From Clostridiales bacterium (GTDB lineage Bacteria; Bacillota; Clostridia; Christensenellales; Aristaeellaceae): a stretch of DNA of 64,000 nucleotides. A model generated the notes under the pieces. It saw nothing but the letters and a program-made list of their open reading frames with translations, was not told where the DNA came from and searched no databases. Of this stretch, positions 54,108 through 63,032 are shown in pieces. Both the position numbers and the translations under genes were made by a program. The stretch covers positions 11,729 to 75,728 of the forward strand of contig SVHA01000006.1 in the NCBI GenBank assembly GCA_015056085.1, read 5' to 3'. Numbering within the stretch: the stretch's first letter is position 1; every line of letters starts with the position of its first letter.

Positions 54108-54806
54108 GTGGACTATATCATCATCGGCGTCATTGGCGTCAGCGTGCTGTTCGGCTTTTACAGGGGCTTTGTCAGTTCCCTGCTCAATGCCGGCAGCGGC
54201 CTTGTCTCCTTTGGCCTGTCCTTTGTGCTGTATCCCAAACTGGCAGCGGTGATTCAGGGCAACGAGGAACTCGTCCGCACCCTGATGCACTACACCGACG
54301 CCTCCAGCCGCATCGGCAACCTGAGTTTGGCCACCACCAACGTGGTGCAGATGGGGCAGGAGAAAATCAACGAAGTGCTCACCAGCGTCAGCCTCCCTGA
54401 GCCGCTGAACACCATGCTGCAGGTGAATCTGGAAAGCCAGGTCTTTACCGGCACCAGCCTCACCACCGTCAATGATTATGTCAGCCAGACCATCCTGCAG
54501 GCCAGCATCAATATCCTGTGCTTTGTGGCGTGTTTCATCCTGACGTTCATCGCCCTGTCCCTGCTGGGCAGCGCCATCCGGGCGGTCTTCCGCCTGCCGG
54601 TGCTCAAGCAGCTGGACTGGCTCGCTGGCGGCGTTTTCGGCCTGCTGCGGGGCTTGCTCCTGTGTCTGGTGGTGTTCACCCTGGTTCCCCTTTTGACCAC
54701 CATGCTGCCTCTGGATTTCATCATGGAGGAAATCAATCAGAGCCAACTGGCGCCCATCTTCACCAGCGGCAACCTGATCATGGCCATCATGAACGGAAAA
54801 CTGTAA
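54108..54806 (+). CDS. cvpA: CvpA family membrane protein
   Basis: DYIIIGVIGVSVLFGFYRGFVSSLL is a CvpA-type N-terminus. GTG start. The RBS GAAGGAGG lies 17 nt upstream, so the exact start is uncertain. Confidence 0.75.
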   Translation: MDYIIIGVIGVSVLFGFYRGFVSSLLNAGSGLVSFGLSFVLYPKLAAVIQGNEELVRTLMHYTDASSRIGNLSLATTNVVQMGQEKINEVLTSVSLPEPLNTMLQVNLESQVFTGTSLTTVNDYVSQTILQASINILCFVACFILTFIALSLLGSAIRAVFRLPVLKQLDWLAGGVFGLLRGLLLCLVVFTLVPLLTTMLPLDFIMEEINQSQLAPIFTSGNLIMAIMNGKL

Positions 54807-54818
54807 TCAGGTGCAATC

Positions 54819-54859
54819 AAAAATCGCTCCCGCAAATGGCGGGTGTCCGTAAAACAGTT
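54819..54859 (+). repeat. Left inverted repeat of the cassette
   Basis: aaaaatcgctcccgcaaatggcgggtgtccgtaaaacagtt. Confidence 0.8.
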
Positions 54860-54860
54860 T

Positions 54861-54895
54861 TTGAGGGCAGCCAATAAGCTGCCCTCAATTTTCTT
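54861..54895 (+). terminator. Strong intrinsic terminator
   Basis: ttgagggcagc-caataa-gctgccctcaa followed by ttttctt. Confidence 0.85.
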
Positions 54896-54962
54896 GCAAT
54901 ATGGCAAGATAGATGTTATAATAAAGTCAGAACGACAAATCAGAATTCGGAGAGGTGTCAAC

Positions 54963-55352
54963 ATGGCAACAGAGTATTATAAACCTTGCAGAGAATTAGA
55001 TATTTGCAATGAGTTGATTGAAAAATTCTTTAACACACAGCAATATGACAAATGCTTCGAGGGGCATTTAGTTCTCGCAGAACAAGGGTATCCCCTTGCC
55101 GAGTGCCAGGTCGGTTATTTTTACTATGATGGCTTGGGGGTAGAAAAAGACTTAGCGAAGGCGCTATATTGGACACGCCGTGCAGCAGAACATGGAGATA
55201 GGGATGGACAATGTAATTTGGCGTGGTTCTATGAAGATGCCATAGGTGTTGAGCAAGATTTGGAAACTGCTAAGCATTGGTATAGAATGGCGGCAATGCA
55301 AGACCACGATTTGGCTATCGAAAAATGTAAAGAACTCGGTATTGATTTGTAA
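54963..55352 (+). CDS. Sel1-repeat (TPR-like) protein
   Basis: GYFYYDGLGVEKDLAKALYWTRRAAEHGDRDGQCNLAWFYEDAIGVEQDLETAKHWYRMAA contains two to three Sel1 repeats. AT-rich codon usage. Confidence 0.8.
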   Translation: MATEYYKPCRELDICNELIEKFFNTQQYDKCFEGHLVLAEQGYPLAECQVGYFYYDGLGVEKDLAKALYWTRRAAEHGDRDGQCNLAWFYEDAIGVEQDLETAKHWYRMAAMQDHDLAIEKCKELGIDL

Positions 55353-55435
55353 CAACAAATTCCAGTTTATCGAGCCGACTAAGGGCGCACTTCTATACAC
55401 CGTTCGGTGTTGTTGTGCGGTGTGCGGCTCCAAAG

Positions 55436-55456
55436 CCTCCCTTGTGTAAAGGGAGG
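55436..55456 (+). repeat. Hairpin / inverted repeat upstream of the DUF559 gene
   Basis: cctccctt-gtgta-aagggagg, followed by cacggc-gta-gccgtg (55460-55474). Confidence 0.8.
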
Positions 55457-55488
55457 TGGCACGGCGTAGCCGTGACGGAGGGATTGTC

Positions 55489-55857
55489 ATGCAGTCAAAG
55501 CATAATAAGCAGTTGGTTCCGTTGGCAAAGCATCTGCGAAAAGAAATGACCAAAGAAGAACGGCACCTGTGGTATGATTTTCTTCGTGGATACCCTGTCC
55601 GCTTTTCCAGGCAGAAAGTGTTAGGAAAATATATCGCTGACTTTTATAGCGCGGAAGCAAGGCTAGTCATTGAACTGGATGGTTCCCAGCACTACGAAAA
55701 TAAGAGCATGGTAAAAGATGCTGAACGAACAGCCTTTCTGGAAGATTATGGGCTGACTGTTATCCGAATTCCCAATAATGAAGTCAGCAGGAACTTTCGT
55801 GGGGTCTGTGAGTATATCGATGCTGCGGTAAAACAATCCCTCAGTCAGCTTCGCTGA
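55489..55857 (+). CDS. DUF559 endonuclease-domain protein (Vsr/restriction-endonuclease-like fold)
   Basis: LRKEMTKEERHLWYDFLR...FSRQKVLGKYIADFYSAEARLVIELDGSQH...DAERTAFLEDYGLTVIRI. GGAGGG lies 6 nt before ATG 55489. Confidence 0.85.
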   Translation: MQSKHNKQLVPLAKHLRKEMTKEERHLWYDFLRGYPVRFSRQKVLGKYIADFYSAEARLVIELDGSQHYENKSMVKDAERTAFLEDYGLTVIRIPNNEVSRNFRGVCEYIDAAVKQSLSQLR

Positions 55858-55859
55858 CA

Positions 55860-55880
55860 GCTCCCTTTACACAAGGGAGC
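55860..55880 (-). repeat. Hairpin / inverted repeat downstream of the DUF559 gene
   Basis: gctccctt-tacac-aagggagc is the reverse complement of 55436-55456 except for the terminal pair. It is preceded by gtcagc-ttc-gctgac, which overlaps the stop codon. Confidence 0.8.
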
Positions 55881-56018
55881 CTTTCTCAGAAGCCTGTTAC
55901 ATGAGAGCAAGATTCTACCATGGGTCTAAATTTGACCATGGCAATCTTGTTGGGGCGTGCCTGCCCCAAACCCCGCATATGAAAAATGGAGCGTATCACA
56001 CAATTGGTACGCTCCATT

Positions 56019-56060
56019 AACTGTTTTACGGACACCTGCCCAAAGCGGGAGAGATTTTTT
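56019..56060 (-). repeat. Right inverted repeat of the cassette
   Basis: The reverse complement reads aaaaaatctctcccgctttgggcaggtgtccgtaaaacagtt. Blocks of 15/16 and 18/18 nt are identical to the left copy, and the central loop differs. Confidence 0.8.
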
Positions 56061-56063
56061 GTG

Positions 56064-56097
56064 CACGAAAAAGCATCCTGCGTTTTGCAGGATGCTT
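56064..56097 (-). terminator. Intrinsic terminator after the small minus-strand ORF
   Basis: The minus strand reads aagcatcctgc-aaaac-gcaggatgctt followed by tttcgtg. Confidence 0.8.
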
Positions 56098-56104
56098 GGA
56101 AGAT

Positions 56105-56284
56105 TTACAACACAATTTCATCTCTGTGCTCAATTAAGTACTGACACATGAAATCCAATTCTTCCAGCGTCAGAACACTGGCGGGATTAGGCTGCGAATC
56201 GTCTTCATGTGAATTGATTGGATAGGGGTACGGTTCTTTCAATGGATTATATCCCATTTTGGCACACAATGTTTCAAAATCCAT
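56105..56284 (-). CDS. 59-aa hypothetical protein (AT-rich)
   Basis: MDFETLCAKMGYNPLKEPYPYPINSHEDDSQPNPASVLTLEELDFMCQYLIEHRDEIVL. GGAGG lies 10 nt before ATG 56284. Confidence 0.5.
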   Translation of the reverse strand: MDFETLCAKMGYNPLKEPYPYPINSHEDDSQPNPASVLTLEELDFMCQYLIEHRDEIVL

Positions 56285-56345
56285 GATGCTGTTTCCTCCA
56301 TCACCCTTGCAACCGGCGGAAGCGAAAAACATTGAAGAGAATACA

Positions 56346-57371
56346 TCAGCACTTTTCGGCGACGTCCATGACCAACTTCAGTGTGCCCATGATGCCGTCC
56401 ATGTGCGTCCTTTCGTAGCCGTGGGAGGCGAACACACCCTGTCCGCACAAGGCAAAGCGGATTTCCATGCCGGCGCGCAGAGCAGCGCCGCAGTCGGAGC
56501 CATAGCCGGGATAGATGTCCACGGCGTAGTCGATGCCCATCTTCTTGCAGCGGGCGATCAGTTCGTTGGTGAAACTCCAGTCGTAGGGGCCGCCGCTGTC
56601 CTTGGCGCAGATGGACACCTGCTTTTCCGTGCAGGTCAGGTCTGCACCCACGCAGCCCATGTCCACCGCCAGCATATCTTCCACATCCGTCAGGTCCTTC
56701 AGGGCAGAAGCGCCGTGGCCCACTTCTTCATACACCGTGAAGACGATGTACACCTTGCGGCCTAGCACGAGGCGGCCCTGCGCCACTTCCCGGGCCAGCG
56801 TCAGCAGAATGGCAGAAGACGCCTTGTCGTCCAGATGGCGGCTCTTGATGTACCCGCTGGCGGTGACGGTGGTGCGGGCGTCAAAACTGATGAAATCGCC
56901 CACGCAGATGCCCAGTTTTTCCACATCGCTGCGGCTGGACACGTCCTCGTCCAGAATGATTTCCAGGAAGTCGTCATTGCGGGCGGAAGAGGACTGATCG
57001 CCCCAGACGTGGCGGCTGGCCTTGCTGGAATACACCGTGCCGGTGACGGCCTTGCCGTCCCTGGTGTGGACGGTGATGTTCTCGTTTTCGATGGTGTTGT
57101 CATCAAAGCCGCCCACCTTGCTGTAACGCAGGTGTCCGTTGGGCTTGATGGCCCTGACCACTGCGCCCAGGGTATCCACATGGGCGCTGATCAGCAGGGG
57201 ATGGCCTTCGCCACCCAGGCAGCAGATGACCGTGCCCTTGCGGGTCATGGTGGGGGCAAAGCCCAGCGCCGTCAGTTCCCTGATGAGATACTCCGCCGCC
57301 AGATGGGTCATGCCTGTAGGGCTGGGAATGGCAGTGAGGGCGGTGAGCTGGGAGAGCAAATAATTCTGCAT
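56346..57371 (-). CDS. M42 family metallopeptidase (glutamyl aminopeptidase / CelM-FrvX-like)
   Basis: 341 aa. LLISAHVDTLGAVV and the family-typical size and layout. Confidence 0.85.
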   Translation of the reverse strand: MQNYLLSQLTALTAIPSPTGMTHLAAEYLIRELTALGFAPTMTRKGTVICCLGGEGHPLLISAHVDTLGAVVRAIKPNGHLRYSKVGGFDDNTIENENITVHTRDGKAVTGTVYSSKASRHVWGDQSSSARNDDFLEIILDEDVSSRSDVEKLGICVGDFISFDARTTVTASGYIKSRHLDDKASSAILLTLAREVAQGRLVLGRKVYIVFTVYEEVGHGASALKDLTDVEDMLAVDMGCVGADLTCTEKQVSICAKDSGGPYDWSFTNELIARCKKMGIDYAVDIYPGYGSDCGAALRAGMEIRFALCGQGVFASHGYERTHMDGIMGTLKLVMDVAEKC

Positions 57372-57405
57372 GGCAGTTCAGTCCTTTCGGGAAATGGGGA
57401 GGCGA

Positions 57406-59124
57406 TCAGCCCAGCAGTTCCTCACTGGCCTTGCGCAGTTCGGCGTTGAGGGCTTCAGCAGCGGGCTGGCTTTCGGCGTTGGAGTTGATGTAGAGCTTGA
57501 TCTTGGGTTCGGTGCCGGAGGGACGCACGCACACCCAGTTGCCGCCTTCCAGTTCAAAGTACAGCACATCGGAGGTGGGCAGGCCCGTGGGGGCAGACGC
57601 GCCGTTTTCCGTGCGCACGCCGGTGAGGTAATCCCGCACGGCCAGCACCTTCAGCCCGGCCAGAGAGGCGGGATGGTTGCTGCGCAGGTTCTTCATGATC
57701 TCCTTCATCTTGCCAAGGCCTTCCTTGCCGGGCAGGGTGACGGACACCACCTTTTCCACATAGTAGCCGTATTCAGCGAAGATCTGCTGCACATAGTCAT
57801 AGAGGGTGATGCCCTGAGCCTGACAGGCGCAGGCCACTTCCGCAATGAGCATGGAGGCGTTGACGCCGTCCTTGTCACGCACGAAGGTGGAGGACAGGTA
57901 TCCGTAACTCTCTTCAAAGCCGAAGAGGAAGGTGTGGCTGCCCGTATCCTGGAACTGCTGAATCTTTTCGCCGATAAACTTGAAGCCCGTGAGGGTTTCG
58001 AACATCTCCACGCCGAAGGAAGCCGCAATGCGGTTGGCCAGGCTGGTGGACACGATGGACTTGACGGCAGCGCCGTTTTCCGGCAGCAGGCCCTGCTTCT
58101 TGCGGGCGGAGAGGATATAATGCAGCAGCACGCAGCCGATCTGATTGCCGGTGAGCAACTGCCACTCACCGTCGGCCTTCTTCACGGCCACGCCGAGGCG
58201 GTCGCAGTCGGGGTCGGTGGCGAAAATCACGCTGGCGCCCACTTCACCCGCCAGTTTGAAGGCCAGGGTGAAAGTGTCGGGCTCTTCGGGGTTGGGCACC
58301 TTGACGGTGGAGAAAGCGGGATCGGGCAGTTCCTGCTCCTTGACTACGGACACGTTGCTGATGCCCACTTCCTTGAGGATGCGGCGCACAGGCACGTTGC
58401 CGGAGCCATGGACAGGCGTGTACACGATGGACAGCTTGCCGCCTTCCTTTTCCAGCATTTCGGGCTGGATGCACAGCGTCTTGACCCGGGCGATGTAATC
58501 GTCGTCCACTTCCTTGTCGCCGATGATGCGCAGCAGTCCCTTGTCAAGGGCTTCCTGCTCGTCCATCAGCGTGCAGTCGGTATAAGCGGTGGCACGGATG
58601 ATCTCCGTGATGCCCTGGGCGGCTTCCGGACCCACCTGGGCGCCGTCTTCGCCATAGACCTTATAGCCATTGTACTGGGGCGGATTGTGGCTGGCGGTGA
58701 TGACCACGCCGGCGATGGCATTCAGGTGCCGCACGGCAAAGGACAGAACCGGCACGGGGCGCAGGGCGTCAAACAGGTAGGCGGGCACACCTTCCTGGCA
58801 CAAAACCAGCGCCGTATCATGGGCGAATTCCTTGGAGAAGCGGCGGCTGTCGTAGGCAATCACCACGCCGCGGCTGGCCTGCTCGGGATTCCTGAGCAGA
58901 TACTGCGCCAGACCCTTGGTGGCCCTGCGGACGTTGTAGCGGTTCATGCGGTTCATGCCCGCCCCCAGCACGCCGCGCATACCGGCGGTGCCGAAGGACA
59001 GTTCCGTATAGAAGCGGTCTTCGATTTCCTTGGGGTCATCGGCAATGGCCTTCAAGTCGGCCACGGTGTCTTCATCCTGAGCAAAATCCCGCAGCCACTG
59101 TTCATAGGCAGCCTGAATGTTCAT
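57406..59124 (-). CDS. Phosphoglucomutase / phosphomannomutase (alpha-D-phosphohexomutase family)
   Basis: Active-site loop ITASHNPPQYNGYKVY and metal loop ATDPDCDR. GGGAGGA lies 8 nt upstream. Confidence 0.9.
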   Translation of the reverse strand: MNIQAAYEQWLRDFAQDEDTVADLKAIADDPKEIEDRFYTELSFGTAGMRGVLGAGMNRMNRYNVRRATKGLAQYLLRNPEQASRGVVIAYDSRRFSKEFAHDTALVLCQEGVPAYLFDALRPVPVLSFAVRHLNAIAGVVITASHNPPQYNGYKVYGEDGAQVGPEAAQGITEIIRATAYTDCTLMDEQEALDKGLLRIIGDKEVDDDYIARVKTLCIQPEMLEKEGGKLSIVYTPVHGSGNVPVRRILKEVGISNVSVVKEQELPDPAFSTVKVPNPEEPDTFTLAFKLAGEVGASVIFATDPDCDRLGVAVKKADGEWQLLTGNQIGCVLLHYILSARKKQGLLPENGAAVKSIVSTSLANRIAASFGVEMFETLTGFKFIGEKIQQFQDTGSHTFLFGFEESYGYLSSTFVRDKDGVNASMLIAEVACACQAQGITLYDYVQQIFAEYGYYVEKVVSVTLPGKEGLGKMKEIMKNLRSNHPASLAGLKVLAVRDYLTGVRTENGASAPTGLPTSDVLYFELEGGNWVCVRPSGTEPKIKLYINSNAESQPAAEALNAELRKASEELLG

Positions 59125-59290
59125 GGTGAATGTCCTCCCTTAACAAAACGATCAGTTGGGGTACTCCCTGTGTCAATTATAAAGCCCTTTCCTCTTTTTG
59201 GCAAGGGAAAACAGGCAGAAAATCATCATCAGCGACTCGTAAGCATACACATCAGGCAGATTTGTTCCTTCCCGGGAAAGGAGGCTGCCT

Positions 59291-60373
59291 GTGAAAGGGT
59301 GCATCCGCCGCAAATGGCTGATTTCTGTGCTGATTTGTCTGCTGTGCGCCGCCGTGGCTGTGTGGGCCGTGCAGATGACGCCGCCGGCGTCGCCCCTGCC
59401 GGGAACATCTGACAGACGGCTGATTCGCCTGTGGGCGGTGTCGGCCCCCGGAGGCGGCATGGCCTGGCTGAAGGAGCGCCTCGCTGCGTGGGGGAAAACC
59501 CATCCCGATGTTAGCGTGTATCTGCGGCGGATTTCGCCTCAGGAGGCCAATCAGCCGGAAAATGTGTGGCCCGACGCCGTGCTGTGGATGCCCGGGGATT
59601 TTTCGTCGCCGGAGGCCTTCACGCCCCTAAAGACAGATGCGCCCATGCTGCCTTCGCTGATGCGCTGCGGGCAAAGCCGCATGGAGCAATATGCCCTGTC
59701 TCTGTGCTGGGAAGGTTGGGCCGTGGCGGTGCATGGGGAGTATCTGGATACGCCCGCCGCCACCCGGGAGCCCGCCGCACTGCTGGGGCGGCCTGCCGCC
59801 ACGGAAGCACCGCCGCAGACAACACCATCCTTCCCGGAAAAGGCCCGGGCGGCAGAGGCGCCCCTGCTATGGGCCTCCGGCGGGGGACTGTTCACCCTGC
59901 GGCAGATGATTCCCGACCCGCCTTCCATGCCGGATGCTTCCGGGCTGACCCAGGAACAGGTGTATCAGCGCTTCCGCAATCAGCAGTGCGCCTCGGCGCT
60001 GCTCACTACCGGGCAGATCACCGCCCTGCAGAGCATTTCGGTGCCCCTGATGACGCTCACGCCCCATGAGGTGGTGACGGAGCGGGTATGGCTTGCCAGC
60101 CTGTGCAGAGACGCCTGCCCGGAGGCGGCGGAACTGCTGTCCTTTCTGGCGTCGGCGGCTTCCCAGCAGACCCTTTCCCAGCAGGGATTGTTCACCGCAA
60201 GGGATGACCTCAAACTGTACGCCTCCGGGATGCACGCTGCGGTGGAATCAGCCGCCGGGAATGCTCTGACGGCGCCCAATGCTTTCCTGCCTGCTGAACA
60301 GGTGCAATCCGCCGCCTGGCAGGCATATCAGGGCGACGTCCCCCTGGAAGAGGCGCTGCTGCCCATGCTGTGA
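59291..60373 (+). CDS. Hypothetical membrane-anchored protein (weak solute-binding-protein-like N-terminal pattern)
   Basis: GTG start lies 6 nt after AAAGGAGG. TM segment WLISVLICLLCAAVAVWAV. LIRLWAVS...WLKERLAAWGKTHPDVSV resembles SBP N-termini. Confidence 0.5.
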   Translation: MKGCIRRKWLISVLICLLCAAVAVWAVQMTPPASPLPGTSDRRLIRLWAVSAPGGGMAWLKERLAAWGKTHPDVSVYLRRISPQEANQPENVWPDAVLWMPGDFSSPEAFTPLKTDAPMLPSLMRCGQSRMEQYALSLCWEGWAVAVHGEYLDTPAATREPAALLGRPAATEAPPQTTPSFPEKARAAEAPLLWASGGGLFTLRQMIPDPPSMPDASGLTQEQVYQRFRNQQCASALLTTGQITALQSISVPLMTLTPHEVVTERVWLASLCRDACPEAAELLSFLASAASQQTLSQQGLFTARDDLKLYASGMHAAVESAAGNALTAPNAFLPAEQVQSAAWQAYQGDVPLEEALLPML

Positions 60374-60457
60374 TGGAATATTTCGGCCTTCAAAGGGAAT
60401 GCTGACGGTGTATCCATCTTTCATAAGGTATCTTTATGGCAAGGAGTGAACTGCATC

Positions 60458-61285
60458 ATGGAAAAAGCCACCGCCCTCAACACCCGTGCCGGCTGGCAGG
60501 AGGAAGAAACCGCCCGCCTGCTCTCCGCCGTCCGGGCCGCCAATGCCTCCGGCGCACCGCTTCGCAGCGTGTTTGAATCCCTGTCCGGCGACCTGGGCCG
60601 CAAGCCCAACAGCATCCGCAACTACTATTACACCTGCCTGCGCCGCCGCCCCGAGGGAGCCACCCTGCCGGTGACGCCCTTTGAGACCTTTACCCCGGAG
60701 GAGACCCATCACTTGCTGCGGCAGGTGCTGATGGCAAGGGGGCAGGGGAGGTCGGTGCGCTCCTGCGTCATGGCCATGGCCCAGGGCAGCCACAGCCGGA
60801 TGCTCAGGTATCAAAACAAGTATCGGGCGCTGCTCAGGACCCGCCCGGAGTTGATCGAAAGCGTGCGGCAGGAACTGGCAAGGGAGGGGCTTCCCTGTCC
60901 GCCGCCCCGGCTGGAAACGGCAGACCCTGCCTTCTGCGACCCGGAGGACACCGCCGCTGCCCGGCTGATGGCCCAGCCCTGCGTGGCAGCCATGCTGGAG
61001 GGCATCAAGGAACTGATTCGCCGGGCGGCCCGGGCGGAGGACGCCTCGACCATCCAGTGCGCCCTGGACCGGCTGAAGGTGCAGCACGACCTGCAGCGCC
61101 TCAGTTGGGAGAAGGACTACCTCGCCCTGGCGGACTGCCTGGAGAAACTGACCACCGTCCTGAAGGAGTTTTTCGCCCTGGAGCGGGCGTCGCAATTGCC
61201 CCAGATGGACCTGTTCCAGGAATCCATATTGACCCTGCTGCCCCAGGCGGAACAACTGCTGGAAGAGAGCCGGAATCTGAATTGA
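60458..61285 (+). CDS. Hypothetical protein with N-terminal Myb/SANT-like (RsfA-like) region
   Basis: GWQEEETARLLSAVRAANASG...RKPNSIRNYYYTCLR. The function call is weak. Confidence 0.45.
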   Translation: MEKATALNTRAGWQEEETARLLSAVRAANASGAPLRSVFESLSGDLGRKPNSIRNYYYTCLRRRPEGATLPVTPFETFTPEETHHLLRQVLMARGQGRSVRSCVMAMAQGSHSRMLRYQNKYRALLRTRPELIESVRQELAREGLPCPPPRLETADPAFCDPEDTAAARLMAQPCVAAMLEGIKELIRRAARAEDASTIQCALDRLKVQHDLQRLSWEKDYLALADCLEKLTTVLKEFFALERASQLPQMDLFQESILTLLPQAEQLLEESRNLN

Positions 61286-61290
61286 AGCAA

Positions 61291-61330
61291 AACAAAAACG
61301 CCGCTGAATTCTTCAGCGGCGATTTGTTTT
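61291..61330. terminator. Bidirectional intrinsic terminator
   Basis: cgccgctgaa-ttc-ttcagcggcg, flanked by aacaaaaa upstream and atttgtttt downstream. Confidence 0.85.
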
Positions 61331-61764
61331 CACTTTTCCCTTTTCAGCCAGGCAAGGGCGTTTTCCAGGTCTGCCTGATTGGGATGCCCCCTGAAAAGTA
61401 AGAACTTTCCGCCCCGGCAGCGGCCGTGGCCTTCCCGGCAGGCAAGCCCCTTGCTTTCGAGGATGTTCCGGGCTTGCTCAGCGGCGTGAGCGTCGGATTT
61501 CCCCCGGCCAAACCAGGTCAGGAAAGTGTCGAAGGTGACGTCCTGCTGGAGTTGGCCCGGGTCGAGGGCTTCCAGCCATTCCGCCAGCGCAGCGTGGATT
61601 TTGTCGCCATACACGCCAGAGCAAACCACAATGCGGCTGTATTTTTGCAGGTCGACAGACTGCTGATGCTGAAGAATCAGCAGATCAGCCCCGCTTTTTT
61701 CCGCCAGGTGTCGGGCGACCTTGCAGGTGTTTCCTTTCTCCTTGGGACAAACGATCAGCGTCAT
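61330..61764 (-). CDS. Flavodoxin-like fold protein
   Basis: 144 aa. MTLIVCPKEKGNTCKVARHLA...IVVCSGVYGDKIH is a flavodoxin-domain pattern. Confidence 0.55.
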   Translation of the reverse strand: MTLIVCPKEKGNTCKVARHLAEKSGADLLILQHQQSVDLQKYSRIVVCSGVYGDKIHAALAEWLEALDPGQLQQDVTFDTFLTWFGRGKSDAHAAEQARNILESKGLACREGHGRCRGGKFLLFRGHPNQADLENALAWLKREK

Positions 61765-61794
61765 CGGCGCAGTCTCCCTTGAAACTTCGATGCG

Positions 61795-62082
61795 TCAGTC
61801 ATCGCACTCGAAAATGCACTTTGCGGCAAACAGCGGCTCGTACCGCTCCTTCCAGGTGTGATGCACCTCGCAGGCGTCGTAGGCCTTCAGGGCGTCGGGC
61901 GCCATGGTGATGAGAATCAGCAGGTCGTAGCGGTTGGGGCGGTCCACCACGTTGGGCTTGACCTCCACGCCCGTCACGCCGGGCACCGTCAGCACACCCT
62001 GAAACAGTTCTTCCGCCTCCCGGCGCAGCTGCTGCTTGTCCGTTGCCTTTTCGTTCCACTTCACCAGAATATGATGCTTCAT
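61795..62082 (-). CDS. Dabb (stress-responsive A/B barrel) domain protein
   Basis: MKHHILVKWNE...H..W. 95 aa. ATG 62082 forms an ATGA overlap with the upstream stop. Confidence 0.7.
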   Translation of the reverse strand: MKHHILVKWNEKATDKQQLRREAEELFQGVLTVPGVTGVEVKPNVVDRPNRYDLLILITMAPDALKAYDACEVHHTWKERYEPLFAAKCIFECDD

Positions 62083-62756
62083 TGTTCCTCTTCCTCCATG
62101 TTGATTTCCACCAGCGGGCCTTCCAGCGCATCCTGCACCAGAATTTCCATAAAGCGCATCACGTTTGCGTCGTTGCCGTTGTTCACCAGCACGCACAGCC
62201 AGGCTTCCCCGGGACGGGCCACCAGTTTTTCCATGCCCGGCAGCGCACTGCAGGGGATGCCCAGCAGATGCTCCTCGCCGTAGGATTCGCCGGTAGTGTT
62301 CACATACTGCATCCAGCCCCGCTGAAGGTCCTCTTCAGCGTTTTGCAGCAATGCCAGCAGCGATTCTTCCTCTTCCAGCGCCCGGAACACGCCGCCGGGG
62401 GCGAACCGCCGGAATTCCTCGTCGCTGAGCAGATACACATCGCCTTCCCCGGCCAGGAAGTAGGTGGTCAGTTCCATTTCGCCCTGCTGCTCATCCAGCG
62501 AGCCCAGATAGCAGGACATGGACTCCATGTCCGTCATGTCCTCGGCGTTCACCCGCTGCATATAGGCGTCAAGGCCGATGGGGTCGCCGTAGGTGTACAG
62601 GCACAGCTGGATGGTTTTGTTTTCCGGCAGGCGATAGCGGGTGGTGCTGTAATACAGGCTCCATCCCACCACGGCAGCCACCACCACAAGGGCGTACTTC
62701 CACCAGCAGTATGCCAGATGATTGCGGATTCTTTTCCGGGTGATGGGCGTCTTCAT
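62079..62756 (-). CDS. Hypothetical single-TM protein
   Basis: TM segment YALVVVAAVVGWSLYY, an acidic extracytoplasmic domain and the tail MEEEEQ. Confidence 0.55.
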   Translation of the reverse strand: MKTPITRKRIRNHLAYCWWKYALVVVAAVVGWSLYYSTTRYRLPENKTIQLCLYTYGDPIGLDAYMQRVNAEDMTDMESMSCYLGSLDEQQGEMELTTYFLAGEGDVYLLSDEEFRRFAPGGVFRALEEEESLLALLQNAEEDLQRGWMQYVNTTGESYGEEHLLGIPCSALPGMEKLVARPGEAWLCVLVNNGNDANVMRFMEILVQDALEGPLVEINMEEEEQ

Positions 62757-62944
62757 GCGTGCACCTTCCTGTCTTTGCCGTTTGATGCATCCTACCTCAA
62801 CTGTGTGAAGTGCGGATGAACCGCCGGCTGCTTCTTATTGTAAATCAAAATGCCGCCGATGTCCAGTCTGGAAACAATCACCATGAAAATCGCTGAAAAA
62901 AGAAGAATTTCCGCCGATTTTCAGGAGGAAAGATTGTTATTCTC

Positions 62945-62974
62945 TTGACAATATAGGCGCGGCAGGTGTATGAT
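62945..62974 (+). promoter_or_regulatory. Candidate promoter of the alcohol dehydrogenase gene
   Basis: TTGACA (62945-62950), an 18-nt spacer, then TATGAT (62969-62974). Confidence 0.4.
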
Positions 62975-63032
62975 ATAGTCAAATACTGCGGCCCGTTCAA
63001 ACAGGCGCAGATAAAAAAAGGAGTGCTGTATC

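Larger units (their letters stand above)
54819..56060. mobile_element. Low-GC cassette bounded by ~41-nt inverted repeats (cargo: Sel1-repeat gene and DUF559 endonuclease gene)
   Basis: Inverted repeats at 54819-54859 and 56019-56060. Hand-counted 60-nt lines inside give 33% and 38% GC, versus 57% in a cvpA line. No transposase or integrase inside. Confidence 0.4.
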
